Assembly: GCA_046753505.1 (NCBI GenBank)
Contig: JBHHTR010000001.1
Span: forward strand, 1-47,834
DNA: 47,834 nucleotides
Source: Thermodesulfobacteriota bacterium
Lineage (GTDB): Bacteria; Desulfobacterota; GWC2-55-46; S146-70; JAUXIU01
Reading direction: 5' to 3'
The notes beneath the pieces were generated by a model, which made no database searches, was not told the DNA's origin, and worked only from the letters and a program-made list of their open reading frames with translations. Of this stretch, positions 28,395 to 38,373 are shown piece by piece. Position 1 is the first letter of the stretch. Every line of letters begins with the position of its first letter. A program made the position numbers and the translations under genes.

Positions 28395-29453
28395 ATGAAA
28401 ATAGCCGTTGACGCAATGGGTGGCGACTACGCCCCCGCAGCCATAGTAGAAGGGGCGGTGTGGGCTGCGCGGGATATGAATATCCCCGCTATCCTTGTTG
28501 GCGACCGCGCCAGAATAGAGTCCGAGCTTAAACGGCAGAAGGCGGAGGGGTTGCCTATCAATGTTGTTCACGCCTCCGAGGTGGTCGGCATGGGTGACTC
28601 TCCTGCCAAGGCCATACGCAACAAAAAGGACTCATCAATCCGTGTCTGTCTCAACCTTGTCAAGAGGGGAGAGGCCGACGCCGTTGTCAGCGCCGGAAAT
28701 TCAGGGGCGGCGATGGCGGCTGCTGTCTTTGTCCTCAAGAGGCTCAAGGGGGTGGAGCGGCCCGCCATCAGTGTCTGTCTTCCTACGATGAAGGAGTTGA
28801 CCGTCCTCCTTGACGCCGGTGGCAATGTGGATTGTAAGCCGTCCCACCTCTATCAGTTTGCCGTGATGGGCGATGTCTATGCCAGGGATATACTCAAGAG
28901 GCGTTCTCCCCGGATTGGACTCCTATCTAACGGAGAGGAGGAGGGGAAGGGCAACGAGTTGACGCGAGAGACCAACGGCCTCCTTAGAAAGGGCGGTCTC
29001 AACTATATCGGTTACATGGAGGGTCGGGATATCTATACAGGAGAGGTCGATGTTGTTGTCTGTGACGGATTTGTCGGCAATGTTGTTTTGAAGACCTCCG
29101 AGGGGGTGGCCGATGCAATCGTTACAATGCTGAAGGCAGAGGTCAGGAAGAGCCTCACCGCTAAGATTGGCTGTCTCATTGCCAAGGGGGTTTTCAGGGG
29201 TGTAAAACTGAAGATAGATTACTCGGAGTATGGCGGCGCTCCTCTTCTCGGCATCAACGGAACCTGTATCATCAGCCACGGCGGCTCTACGGCCAAGGCG
29301 ATAAGGAACGCGATCATGAGGGCAAATGAATATGCCTCCCGCCACGTGAACACCCATATGGCGGAGAGTCTTGAGAGGGAGACAGCCCTCTGCTTGGCCG
29401 ACAGTGATGTGGCTGGCGCTACAGACGGTGGGGAGAGGCGAAGGAGATCATGA
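28395..29453 (+). CDS. plsX: phosphate acyltransferase PlsX
   Basis: 352 aa. MKIAVDAMGGD, VSAGNSGA and GFVGNVVLK motifs. Confidence 0.95.
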   Translation: MKIAVDAMGGDYAPAAIVEGAVWAARDMNIPAILVGDRARIESELKRQKAEGLPINVVHASEVVGMGDSPAKAIRNKKDSSIRVCLNLVKRGEADAVVSAGNSGAAMAAAVFVLKRLKGVERPAISVCLPTMKELTVLLDAGGNVDCKPSHLYQFAVMGDVYARDILKRRSPRIGLLSNGEEEGKGNELTRETNGLLRKGGLNYIGYMEGRDIYTGEVDVVVCDGFVGNVVLKTSEGVADAIVTMLKAEVRKSLTAKIGCLIAKGVFRGVKLKIDYSEYGGAPLLGINGTCIISHGGSTAKAIRNAIMRANEYASRHVNTHMAESLERETALCLADSDVAGATDGGERRRRS

Positions 29454-30421
29454 AGGCGCAAATAATCGGAACCGGTTCGTCTGTCCCCTCTAAGGTGCTT
29501 ACCAATGCCGACCTTGAGTCGATGGTGGATACCTCAGACGAATGGATCACCAGCCGGTCGGGGATCAGGGAGAGAAGGATCGCTGTCCAGGAGAGCGCAT
29601 CCGGTATGGCGACGGAGTCTGCCAGACGCGCCCTTGAAAGGGGCAACGTCTCGCCAGACGAGGTCGATCTCATCGTTGTCGCAACGGTTACTCCCGACAG
29701 GTACTTTCCCTCTACAGCATGTCTTGTACAGTCCAACCTCGGGATAAAGAGGGGTGCAATGGCCTTCGATCTTTCGGCTGCATGTTCCGGTTTCCTCTAC
29801 GCTCTCGATGTGGCCAATCGGTATCTCAACTCCGGCGCGTCGAAGAAGGCCCTCGTTATCGGCGTCGATATCTTCTCAAAGATCATCGACTGGAGTGACC
29901 GGAGCACCTGTGTACTCTTTGGCGACGGCGCAGGCGCCGTTATCCTGTCGGCCACAGAGGGGGATCGCGGAGTCCTATCGACCCACAGCCACTCCGATGG
30001 CAAGCTATGGGAGATGCTCTACACTCCGTCTGTCGTCGCGTCGTGTGGTGCCTCCGGTGAAAACGTTGAAGCCCCTTACCTCAAGATGCAGGGGGGTGAG
30101 CTCTTTAAGGCTGCTGTGAGAACAATGAGAGAGGCCTGCGAGGAGGCGCTTAGCCACAACAAGATTTCAGCTGCAGATATCGCCCTCCTTATCCCCCACC
30201 AGGCAAACAAACGGATTATCAGGGCGACACAGGAGAGGCTTGGTCTTACCGATGAGCAGGTCTTTTTGAACCTTGACCGGTACGGGAATACATCGGCAGG
30301 GTCGATCCCACTGGCTCTCGATGAAGCGGTGCGAAGCGGCAGGATTAAAGAGGGCGACCTCGTCCTCTTTGTAGCCTTTGGCGGCGGCCTTACGTGGGCG
30401 TCGGCGCTGGTGCGGTGGTAA
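29450..30421 (+). CDS. fabH: 3-oxoacyl-ACP synthase III
   Basis: 323 aa. Active-site AACSGF, HQAN and GNTSAGSIP motifs. Confidence 0.95.
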   Translation: MKAQIIGTGSSVPSKVLTNADLESMVDTSDEWITSRSGIRERRIAVQESASGMATESARRALERGNVSPDEVDLIVVATVTPDRYFPSTACLVQSNLGIKRGAMAFDLSAACSGFLYALDVANRYLNSGASKKALVIGVDIFSKIIDWSDRSTCVLFGDGAGAVILSATEGDRGVLSTHSHSDGKLWEMLYTPSVVASCGASGENVEAPYLKMQGGELFKAAVRTMREACEEALSHNKISAADIALLIPHQANKRIIRATQERLGLTDEQVFLNLDRYGNTSAGSIPLALDEAVRSGRIKEGDLVLFVAFGGGLTWASALVRW

Positions 30422-30471
30422 GAGAGGCCCTTTGGCCTGATAATTTCTGAATGGTAGAGGAGTAGGATTAT

Positions 30472-31419
30472 ATGTCTAACAGTATGGGGAGCAACGGTTC
30501 CCTCGCCATTATCTTCCCCGGTCAAGGCTCACAGTTCTCTGGCATGGGGAAGAACTTTTACGATGATTTTGCAACGGCCCGCCATACCTTTGAGGAGGCC
30601 AATGATCTCCTGGGCTATAACCTGACAAAACTCTGTTTTGAGGGGCCTGTTGATAAACTCAACTCTACCGAGAATACCCAACCGGCCATCCTGACGGTGA
30701 GCACGGCAATCTACAGGGTGGTCACAGAGGAGGTTGAACTATCTCCCCGTTTCATGGCTGGTCACAGCCTCGGCGAGTATTCGGCCCTGGTTGCCGCAGG
30801 GGTTCTCAAGTTCGGCGATGCCGTAAAACTGGTCTCTCTACGTGGACAGTTCATGCAGGATGCCGTTCCAGACGGAGTGGGGGGTATGGCGGCGATTCTG
30901 GGGCTGCCTCTGGATGATATTACAACCCTCTGCGCGGAGTCGTCGCAAGAGGATTCAGTCGTTGTGCCGGCAAACATAAACAGCCCGGAGCAGGTTGTCA
31001 TCTCCGGCAACAGCGAGGCAGTCGAGAGGGCGTGCGCCCTTGCGAAGGAGGGCGGGGCGAAGCGTGTTGTTCCGCTGCCGGTGAGTGTGCCGTCTCACTC
31101 TCCCTTGATGCGAGGGGCCTCCGAGAGACTTGCCGGGGCAATGGAAAATGTGCCGTTCGGTGAGCCTACGGTGCCGGTCATCACCAATGTTGAGGCGGAA
31201 CCCCTCCCCACCGGAGGTGATGCGCGGGGACTCCTTCTGCGCCAGCTCTACAGCCCGGTCCAGTGGGTTGCCTCCATAAGGAGGATGGCGGCTGACGATG
31301 TAGACGCCGTTGCAGAGGTAGGGCCGGGGAAGGTGCTGACAGGTCTGGTAAGGCGGATAGAGCGGGGTCTCAAGACCCTTGTTGTCGATAGCCCCGAGGG
31401 CTTGAAGGCGCTGGCGTAA
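30472..31419 (+). CDS. fabD: malonyl CoA-ACP transacylase
   Basis: 315 aa. FPGQGSQ and GHSLGEYSAL motifs. Confidence 0.95.
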   Translation: MSNSMGSNGSLAIIFPGQGSQFSGMGKNFYDDFATARHTFEEANDLLGYNLTKLCFEGPVDKLNSTENTQPAILTVSTAIYRVVTEEVELSPRFMAGHSLGEYSALVAAGVLKFGDAVKLVSLRGQFMQDAVPDGVGGMAAILGLPLDDITTLCAESSQEDSVVVPANINSPEQVVISGNSEAVERACALAKEGGAKRVVPLPVSVPSHSPLMRGASERLAGAMENVPFGEPTVPVITNVEAEPLPTGGDARGLLLRQLYSPVQWVASIRRMAADDVDAVAEVGPGKVLTGLVRRIERGLKTLVVDSPEGLKALA

Positions 31420-31484
31420 CTATTGAACGTCGTCTATGACACCTGGAGACGGCGCTATATTGCAGCAACAGGGAGGGAAAGATT

Positions 31485-32225
31485 ATGCTGAAGGATAAGG
31501 TAGCTGTCATTACGGGGGCGGGGCAGGGGATAGGGCTGGCCATAGCTGAGAAGCTGGCCGCCAACGGCGCCGACGTGATTATTGCCGATATGAACCTGGA
31601 GAAAGCGGAAGAGGCCGCCTCGTCGATTGCATCGAGTACGGGCAGAAAGAGCCTCGCTCTGAAGAGCAATGTGGCGAGTATGGACGATGCAGAGGCGATG
31701 GTCGCCGCTGCGGTCAGCGAGATGGGTGGACTTCATATTCTGGTCAACAATGCCGGTATTACGAAGGACGCCCTCCTAATGAGGATGAAAGAGGATGATT
31801 GGGACGCAGTTTTGAATGTTAACCTCAAGGGGGTCTTTAATTGCACAAAGGCGGCTGTCAGGCACATGAGCAAACAGCGGTGGGGAAGGATCGTGAACAT
31901 TGCCTCCATCGTCGGTCAGATGGGGAATGCCGGTCAGGCCAACTATGCGGCCAGCAAGGCGGGAGTCATAGGGTTAACCAAGACGGTAGCCAGGGAGCTT
32001 GCAAAGCGGGGCGTCACCTGTAACGCCATTGCTCCCGGCTTCATTGAGACGGCAATGACCCAGATCCTCTCCGACGAGGTGAGGAGTGATCTTACCGGAC
32101 AGATCCCGATGGGACGCCTCGGCGCACCTGACGATATTGCCGAGAGTGTGCTCTTTCTTGTCTCCCATGCCGCCGGGTACATTACCGGACAGGTTCTGGG
32201 GGTGAACGGCGGCATGTATATGTGA
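31485..32225 (+). CDS. fabG: 3-oxoacyl-ACP reductase
   Basis: 246 aa SDR. TGAGQGIG, NNAGI and YAASKAG motifs. Confidence 0.95.
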   Translation: MLKDKVAVITGAGQGIGLAIAEKLAANGADVIIADMNLEKAEEAASSIASSTGRKSLALKSNVASMDDAEAMVAAAVSEMGGLHILVNNAGITKDALLMRMKEDDWDAVLNVNLKGVFNCTKAAVRHMSKQRWGRIVNIASIVGQMGNAGQANYAASKAGVIGLTKTVARELAKRGVTCNAIAPGFIETAMTQILSDEVRSDLTGQIPMGRLGAPDDIAESVLFLVSHAAGYITGQVLGVNGGMYM

Positions 32226-32236
32226 TTTTTTTGGTT

Positions 32237-32265
32237 TTGACAAGGTTATGGGGAGATGTTATAAG
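32237..32265 (+). promoter_or_regulatory. candidate internal promoter for acpP
   Basis: TTGACA (32237-32242), 17-nt spacer, TATAAG (32260-32265). An own promoter for acpP is known in E. coli. Confidence 0.4.
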
Positions 32266-32309
32266 GGGCGGAGTTTTTTTAAGTCAATCAATTAACCAGG
32301 AGGTATGGG

Positions 32310-32546
32310 ATGTCTGTAGAAGTCAAGGTAAAGAAGATTGTTGTCGATCAACTCGGCGTAACTGAGGAGGAGGTAAAGGACGGCGCCTCTTTTGTAGATG
32401 ACCTGGGCGCTGACTCTCTCGATACCGTTGAGATGGTCATGGCCTTCGAAGAGGAGTTCGGCATAGAGATTCCCGATGAGGACGCCGAGAAGATCAAGGT
32501 GGTCAAGGACGCAGTCGATTATATCGATAAAAAAGTTTCAAAGTAG
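32310..32546 (+). CDS. acpP: acyl carrier protein
   Basis: 78 aa. Phosphopantetheine site [10 protein letters not shown]. Confidence 0.95.
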   Translation: MSVEVKVKKIVVDQLGVTEEEVKDGASFVDDLGADSLDTVEMVMAFEEEFGIEIPDEDAEKIKVVKDAVDYIDKKVSK

Positions 32547-32644
32547 TCTGCTTTACTGCGAAATAACTACGGACTGATGTTTACTTGAACCCATTGCCTG
32601 ACGGGCTCGGTTGCGCCATTCGGTATGTAGAGAGTTTTGATAAT

Positions 32645-32694
32645 ACCTCATTAGTAAGGCACAGAAAGCCTTACAGTGAGGTAGTTGTTTTCTT
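32645..32694 (+). terminator. stem-loop with U-rich tail in the acpP-fabF spacer (terminator/attenuator candidate)
   Basis: ACCTCA..GTAAGGC (32645-32660) pairs with GCCTTAC.GTGAGGT (32668-32682), followed by AGTTGTTTTCTT. Confidence 0.45.
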
Positions 32695-32747
32695 ACGGTT
32701 TAGGTAGAGAGATGTTTCACTACTATTGCCAGAGTTAAAGATAGGGG

Positions 32748-33995
32748 TTGCAGGTGGTAAATAGACGTGTTGTTGTCACCGGGCTTGGCATTATCAGTCC
32801 ACTCGGTATTGGCATAGAGAAGTCATGGGGGGAACTCATCGAGGGCCGCTCCGGCATAGGGGAGATTACCCGCTTTGACGCCTCAGAGTTTTCCGTGAAG
32901 ATTGCTGGAGAGGTTTCCAATTTTTCGGCGTCCGACTATATTGGGCGGAAAGAGATAAAGAAGATGGATCTCTTCATCCAGTACGCCGTTGCTGCGGCAA
33001 AGATGGCTGTTGATGACGCCGGGCTGGAGATTACGGAGGAGAACGCGGAGCGGGTCGGCGTCTACATCGGTTCCGGTATCGGCGGGTTGCCGGCGATTGA
33101 GAAGTGGCACGATGTGCTGAAGGAGAAGGGGCCTGACCGGGTGACACCTTTCTTCATTCCCATGGTGATTATCAACCTCGCATCGGGACAGGCCTCTATC
33201 GTTCTCGGCGCGAAAGGACCGAACAGTAGCGCCGTGACTGCCTGTGCGACGGGGAACAACTGTATTGGCGATGCCTTCAAGATTGTTGAGCGGGGAGACG
33301 CCGATGTTATGGTGGCGGGGGGCACGGAGTCGGTCATCTCTCCCCTCTGTGTCGCCGGTTTTAGCGCCATGAAGGCCCTCTCGATGCGGAACGACGATCC
33401 CCAGGGGGCAAGCCGCCCCTTCGACAGCGGTCGCGACGGTTTTGTCATTGGAGAGGGGGCCGGCGTCCTGATCCTTGAGGAGCTTGACCATGCAAAGAGG
33501 AGAGGCGCTAATATCCTCGCCGAGATTGTCGGCTACGGTATGACTGCCGACGCCTACCACATGACTTCACCGGCCCCGGAGGGAGCGGGGGCAGCCCGCT
33601 GCATGGTGGCGGCATTGAAGGATGGAGGGGTCAGCGCAGATGAGGTTGACTACATCAATGCCCACGGGACATCGACGCCCCAGGGCGACATTGCAGAGAG
33701 CCAGGCTGTAGTGGGGGTTTTCGGGGAGAATGCGCGAAAGGTGGCTATGAGTTCAACCAAGAGTATGACCGGCCACCTCCTCGGAGCCGCCGGTGGAATT
33801 GAGGGCGTATTTACGGTGCTCGCCATAGATCGCGGCATCATGCCTCCAACGATCAACTACGAAGCGCCAGATCCGGAGTGCACTCTCGACTGTGTGCCGA
33901 ACAGCGCCAGGGAGGGAAAGATCAACGTTGCCATGAGCAACTCCTTCGGTTTCGGCGGCACCAACGCAACGCTCATCTTCAAGAGGTTTCAGTAG
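32748..33995 (+). CDS. fabF: 3-oxoacyl-ACP synthase II
   Basis: 415 aa. RVVVTGLG, active-site ACATG, HGTSTP and GHLLGAAG motifs. Start is TTG 32748 or GTG 32754. Confidence 0.95.
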   Translation: MQVVNRRVVVTGLGIISPLGIGIEKSWGELIEGRSGIGEITRFDASEFSVKIAGEVSNFSASDYIGRKEIKKMDLFIQYAVAAAKMAVDDAGLEITEENAERVGVYIGSGIGGLPAIEKWHDVLKEKGPDRVTPFFIPMVIINLASGQASIVLGAKGPNSSAVTACATGNNCIGDAFKIVERGDADVMVAGGTESVISPLCVAGFSAMKALSMRNDDPQGASRPFDSGRDGFVIGEGAGVLILEELDHAKRRGANILAEIVGYGMTADAYHMTSPAPEGAGAARCMVAALKDGGVSADEVDYINAHGTSTPQGDIAESQAVVGVFGENARKVAMSSTKSMTGHLLGAAGGIEGVFTVLAIDRGIMPPTINYEAPDPECTLDCVPNSAREGKINVAMSNSFGFGGTNATLIFKRFQ

Positions 33996-33999
33996 AACT

Positions 34000-34452
34000 G
34001 TGGTGACGATTGCGATAGCGAGCGACCACGCCGGGAGAGAACTCAAGGAGGATATTAAGGAGTTCTTATCGGAATGCTCCATAGAGAGCGTCGATATGGG
34101 TACCGATGGAGATGAATCGGTTGACTACCCCGATTACGGCATACCTCTTGCGGAGGGTGTTTCGTCGGGACAGTTTGAAAAGGGGATCCTCATCTGCGGC
34201 ACCGGTATCGGCATGAGTATCGTGGCCAACAAGTTTTCCGGTGTCAGGGCGGCCCTGGCGAACGACCTCTACTCGACGAGGATGGCGAAGGAGCATAACA
34301 ACGCCAATGTTCTCGTCATAGGCGGCAGGGTTGTCGGCAAGGGGCTGGCGAGGGAGATGGTTAGAGTCTGGCTGGAGACGCCCTTTGAGGGTGGGAGGCA
34401 CCAGCGTCGGCTGGATAAGATAAGTGATATTGAAAAGGGGTGGCGCTCTTAA
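34000..34452 (+). CDS. rpiB: ribose-5-phosphate isomerase B
   Basis: 150 aa. [16 protein letters not shown] and GGRHQRR motifs. Confidence 0.9.
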   Translation: MVTIAIASDHAGRELKEDIKEFLSECSIESVDMGTDGDESVDYPDYGIPLAEGVSSGQFEKGILICGTGIGMSIVANKFSGVRAALANDLYSTRMAKEHNNANVLVIGGRVVGKGLAREMVRVWLETPFEGGRHQRRLDKISDIEKGWRS

Positions 34453-34495
34453 AGAAGGTCCATGCCCCCCTACAACAGTCAAGGTGAGGAGTATT

Positions 34496-35746
34496 ATGTC
34501 ACATCTGAAATCGTTTGATCCCGATGTCTATCGTGCTATCAGTGACGAGGTGGAGAGGGAGGAGTACAAGCTGGAACTGATCGCCTCCGAGAATATGGTG
34601 AGCGAGGCGGTGCTTGAGGCCATCGGCAGCGTCATGACCAACAAGTACGCCGAGGGGTATCCCGGCAAGCGGTACTACGGCGGGTGTGAGTATGTCGATG
34701 TGGTGGAGAGCCTCGCCATTGAACGGGCGAAGGAGATCTTCGGCTGTGACCACGCAAATGTTCAGCCCCATTCCGGAAGCCAGGCCAACATGGCGGTCTA
34801 CATGTCGGTTCTCAAGCCGGGGGACTCTGTCCTCGGCATGAACCTCTCCCACGGTGGCCACCTTACCCACGGGAGTCCCGTCAATTTTTCAGGACAGCTC
34901 TACAATGTTCACTTCTACGGCGTCCGTAAGGATGACCAGCGTATCGACTACGATCAGGTGAGGGGGCTGGCGAAGGAGCACACTCCAAAGATGATTGTAG
35001 TTGGCGCCAGCGCCTATCCCCGTGTCATCGACTTCAAGGCGTTCCGGGAGATAGCCGATGAGGTTGGCGCCATGATCATGGTCGATATCGCCCATATTGC
35101 CGGACTCGTTGCTACCGGGCTCCATCCATCTCCCGTCCCTTATGCCGAGTTTGTCACGACGACCACCCACAAGACCCTGAGGGGGCCACGGGGGGGGATG
35201 ATTATGTGCCGGGCCGACCTGGCGAAGGGGGTTGACAAGAAGATATTCCCCGGTATCCAGGGAGGGCCCCTCATGCATATCATCGCGGCAAAGGCCGTAG
35301 CCCTGAAGGAGGCCATGTCGCCCGACTTCAAGCTCTATCAGGAGCAGGTGCTTCTCAATGCCACGGCTCTTGGTGAAGAGCTTACCTCCAAGGGGTACAA
35401 TCTCGTATCGGGAGGCACCGATAATCACCTCCTCCTGGTTGACCTGACGAACAAGGATGTGACCGGCAAGGAGGCGGAGGATGCTCTCGTCAAGGCCGGT
35501 ATTACGGTCAACAAGAATACCGTCCCCTTTGAGACACGGAGTCCCTTTGTTACGAGCGGCATAAGGATCGGCACACCTGCGGTAACCACAAGGGGGATGA
35601 AGGCGGGGGATATGAGGGCTATTGCCGGAATGATAGATGAGGCGATAGGCGCCCGCTCCGAAGAGGGACGGCTGGCGTCGATCAAGGGGAGGGTCAGAGA
35701 ACTCTGTGAGGGCTTCCCCTTCTATCGGGAGAGAGTCGGACAGTAA
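34496..35746 (+). CDS. glyA: serine hydroxymethyltransferase
   Basis: Start moved to ATG 34496 ([12 protein letters not shown]), preceded by [31 protein letters not shown] (PLP lysine). Confidence 0.95.
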   Translation: MSHLKSFDPDVYRAISDEVEREEYKLELIASENMVSEAVLEAIGSVMTNKYAEGYPGKRYYGGCEYVDVVESLAIERAKEIFGCDHANVQPHSGSQANMAVYMSVLKPGDSVLGMNLSHGGHLTHGSPVNFSGQLYNVHFYGVRKDDQRIDYDQVRGLAKEHTPKMIVVGASAYPRVIDFKAFREIADEVGAMIMVDIAHIAGLVATGLHPSPVPYAEFVTTTTHKTLRGPRGGMIMCRADLAKGVDKKIFPGIQGGPLMHIIAAKAVALKEAMSPDFKLYQEQVLLNATALGEELTSKGYNLVSGGTDNHLLLVDLTNKDVTGKEAEDALVKAGITVNKNTVPFETRSPFVTSGIRIGTPAVTTRGMKAGDMRAIAGMIDEAIGARSEEGRLASIKGRVRELCEGFPFYRERVGQ

Positions 35747-35820
35747 CCTGTAGTCGGCTGGACAACCATAACTTCCCGTCACAGCGCGAACAGCGTGTCC
35801 AATGAGGTATCATCCTTTCA

Positions 35821-36300
35821 ATGAAGTGTCCCTACTGTTCCCATCTCGAAGATAAGGTTATTGATTCGCGCCTCTCCCAGGAGGGCGATCTTACGCGCCG
35901 TCGGAGGGAGTGCATTCAGTGCGCCAAACGTTACACCACCTATGAACGTATAGAAGAGAGTGCGCCCCTGGTCATAAAGAAGGACGGGAGCCGTGAGGTC
36001 TTCGACAGGACAAAGATCCTGAACGGGATTATGAATGCGTGTGAGAAGAGACCCGTTGGCATTGAGGCCATAGAGGGCGCCGTGGAGAGGCTCGAACGCT
36101 CCTTTCTCAACGCCGGAGAGCGGGAGGTCGGGAGTTCGGCAATTGGCGAGGCGATCATGGATGAGCTAAAGAAGCTGGATGAGGTCGCCTATGTGCGGTT
36201 TGCCTCGGTCTACCGGGAGTTCAGGGATATTAACGAGTTTATGAGTGAACTGAAGGATCTCCTCGATCTCAAGAAGGGCAATAGGGGTAAGAAGGGGTAG
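35821..36300 (+). CDS. nrdR: transcriptional repressor NrdR
   Basis: 159 aa. MKCPYC...CIQC zinc ribbon plus ATP-cone. Confidence 0.9.
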   Translation: MKCPYCSHLEDKVIDSRLSQEGDLTRRRRECIQCAKRYTTYERIEESAPLVIKKDGSREVFDRTKILNGIMNACEKRPVGIEAIEGAVERLERSFLNAGEREVGSSAIGEAIMDELKKLDEVAYVRFASVYREFRDINEFMSELKDLLDLKKGNRGKKG

Positions 36301-36401
36301 GCCTTCATTGACAATGGTCAATTTAGAATGGTGATGTGGGTAAGAAAAGGTAGAGTGCAAGGAGAGCACCGGGATTGAGTCACTGATACTTCTCTTTTTG
36401 A

Positions 36402-37478
36402 GTGATGGATATACGTTACATGAAGATGGCCATCGGTCTTGCCAGGCGGGGAGTGGGGAAGACCTCACCAAACCCGGCGGTCGGCGCCGTCATCGTGAAG
36501 CAGGGCGCTGTAGTTGGAAGGGGATATCACAGACGGGCAGGCCTTCCCCATGCCGAGATCGAGGCGCTGAGCGATGCGGGGAGGCGGGCACGGGGAGGCG
36601 ACCTCTACGTTACCCTTGAACCGTGCAACCATAGGGGCAGGACTCCTCCCTGCACAGAGAGTATCATTGCCTCCGGGGTCGAGAGGGTCTTTGTCGGATC
36701 GCCAGACCCAAACCCACTCGTTGCCGGGAGAGGTGTGCGGCGGTTGAAGAGGGCCGACATAGCCGTAACTGAAGGTATCCTCGAAGATCGGTGCGCCAGA
36801 ATCAATGAGGCGTACAACAGCTTTATCACTACAGGGCTTCCCTACGTTACACTGAAGATGGCGGCCACCCTCGACGGGATGATCGCCACAAAAACGGGCG
36901 ATTCGAAGTGGATAACGGGAGAGCGCTCTCGCCGTCTTGTACACAGGATGAGGGGTGAGACGGACGCAATAATGGTCGGAAGAGGCACCGTTGAACGGGA
37001 CGACCCGGCCCTCACGACGCGGCATGGAAAGGGAAAGAATCCGGTGAGGGTGGTGGTGGACAGTGAGTTGAAGATACCCTTGATGGCGCGACTCTTTGGC
37101 GAAGCAGGGAAGGTGATTATTGCAACCACCAGAAGGGCGGCAAAGGCCAGGGTGAGAGAGGTCGAGGAGAGGGGCGCCACCGTTCTGCTTCTCCCGTCAG
37201 TGAAGGGCGGCGTTAACCTGAAGAGGCTTATGGTAAAACTGGGTGAGATGGAGATCGTGTCGCTCTTGATAGAGGGTGGCGGCACGCTTGCGGCGTCATC
37301 GGTGAGGTGCGGCATTGTCGACAAGCTCGCACTCTTTTACGCCCCCAAGGTAATCGGCGGTGACGGGCTCCCTCTCTTCGGAGGGTTGGGGGTCAAGAGG
37401 CTGGTCGACTCTATCGCCGTAAAGGGGATGAGGGTCAAGAGGCTTGGCGACGATTTTATGGTGGAGGGGTACCTTTAA
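36402..37478 (+). CDS. ribD: bifunctional diaminohydroxyphosphoribosylaminopyrimidine deaminase / 5-amino-6-(5-phosphoribosylamino)uracil reductase
   Basis: 358 aa. PNPAVGAV, HAEIEAL and TLEPCNHRGRTPPC deaminase motifs plus a C-terminal reductase domain. ATG 36405 is an alternative start. Confidence 0.9.
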   Translation: MMDIRYMKMAIGLARRGVGKTSPNPAVGAVIVKQGAVVGRGYHRRAGLPHAEIEALSDAGRRARGGDLYVTLEPCNHRGRTPPCTESIIASGVERVFVGSPDPNPLVAGRGVRRLKRADIAVTEGILEDRCARINEAYNSFITTGLPYVTLKMAATLDGMIATKTGDSKWITGERSRRLVHRMRGETDAIMVGRGTVERDDPALTTRHGKGKNPVRVVVDSELKIPLMARLFGEAGKVIIATTRRAAKARVREVEERGATVLLLPSVKGGVNLKRLMVKLGEMEIVSLLIEGGGTLAASSVRCGIVDKLALFYAPKVIGGDGLPLFGGLGVKRLVDSIAVKGMRVKRLGDDFMVEGYL

Positions 37479-37479
37479 G

Positions 37480-38115
37480 ATGTTTACCGGGATTATTCAG
37501 GCGTGGGGCGTCATAAAGAGCATTGAAAAAAAAGGAAAATCTGGTAGAATCGTCATTACAACGGCACTTGACCTAGAGAAGGTAAGGCTTGGCGACAGTA
37601 TAGCGGTGGACGGCGTCTGTCTGACGGTTGTTGACATTGGGAGCGGCGTCTTTACTGCCGAGATGTCGGGAGAGACACTTGGACTGACCACTCTTGGCAC
37701 GCTTGCCTCCGGCTCGAAGGTGAATCTCGAAGAGCCCCTTACCCCGACGGCCAGGATGGGGGGGCACATCGTAACCGGCCATGTTGACGGCGTTGGGACG
37801 ATTGTCAAGAGGCAGGTGAAGGGAGGCTTTGCCGAGATTGAGGTTGCGGTTCCATCTGAATTGTCGAAGCAGATAGTCAAGAAGGGCTCGATAGCAGTTG
37901 ACGGGATCAGCCTCACTGTTGTAAGAGAGTGGGAGAGCGGCTTTTCCACCACCATCATCCCCCATACCATGAGTGAGACAACCCTTATGGAAAAGGAGAG
38001 CGGAGCACGGGTCAACATCGAGACCGATATTATTGCAAAATATGTCGAACGATTTACGGGCGCCTATCACGGCAGCGGGGTTACAGAGGAGCTTCTCAGG
38101 AAGCACGGATTTTAG
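37480..38115 (+). CDS. ribE: riboflavin synthase (alpha chain)
   Basis: Start moved to ATG 37480 (MFTGIIQ). Duplicated lumazine-binding repeats (GDSIAVDGVCLTV, GSIAVDGISLTV). Confidence 0.9.
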   Translation: MFTGIIQAWGVIKSIEKKGKSGRIVITTALDLEKVRLGDSIAVDGVCLTVVDIGSGVFTAEMSGETLGLTTLGTLASGSKVNLEEPLTPTARMGGHIVTGHVDGVGTIVKRQVKGGFAEIEVAVPSELSKQIVKKGSIAVDGISLTVVREWESGFSTTIIPHTMSETTLMEKESGARVNIETDIIAKYVERFTGAYHGSGVTEELLRKHGF

Positions 38116-38171
38116 GGAGGGTCTGCTGTTCTGACCTTCCGCGCTAGATAGATGTATCGCATTTTAATTTT
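38116..38171 (-). repeat. family-1 partial copy D-left (modules 1-2, degenerate)
   Basis: GGAGGGTCTGctgttCTGACCTTCC GCGCTAGATAGATGTATCGC aligns with copy A 4160-4210. Confidence 0.7.
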
Positions 38172-38321
38172 GATGCCCTCGTAAAAAGTCGGGAGCTTTC
38201 GTTACTTGAAAAAAACGGCCTCCATATTTGCCCTCTAACAGCCGTTATTGCTCTTCCGAATGGTTGGAGGTGCTTTAAAATGGCTCGAATATTGCCTTGC
38301 TGGACTTTTTACGAGACCATC
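38172..38321 (+). repeat. family-2 unit (150 bp) bounded by 19-bp inverted ends
   Basis: Left end GATGCCCTCGTAAAAAGTC (38172-38190). Right end GACTTTTTACGAGACCATC (38303-38321). The arms are reverse complements at 17 of 19 positions. Confidence 0.75.
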
Positions 38322-38369
38322 TAATTTTTAGTCTCTGAATAATTCAGGGATGAATTAATCAGAGGTTCC
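38322..38369 (-). repeat. family-1 partial copy D-right (module 5)
   Basis: TAATTTTTAGTCTCTGAATAATTCAGGGATGAATTAATCAGAGGTTCC matches copy A 4261-4308. It ends 4 nt before the ribBA ATG. Confidence 0.8.
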
Positions 38370-38373
38370 TAAG

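Noticed and set aside
36301-36401. Expected FMN (RFN) riboswitch ahead of ribD, and T-box, glycine or THF riboswitches ahead of tyrS and glyA.
   Set aside because: The conserved cores were not found by eye. The tyrS start overlaps ymdB and the glyA leader is only about 43 nt. This needs a covariance-model search to be definitive.
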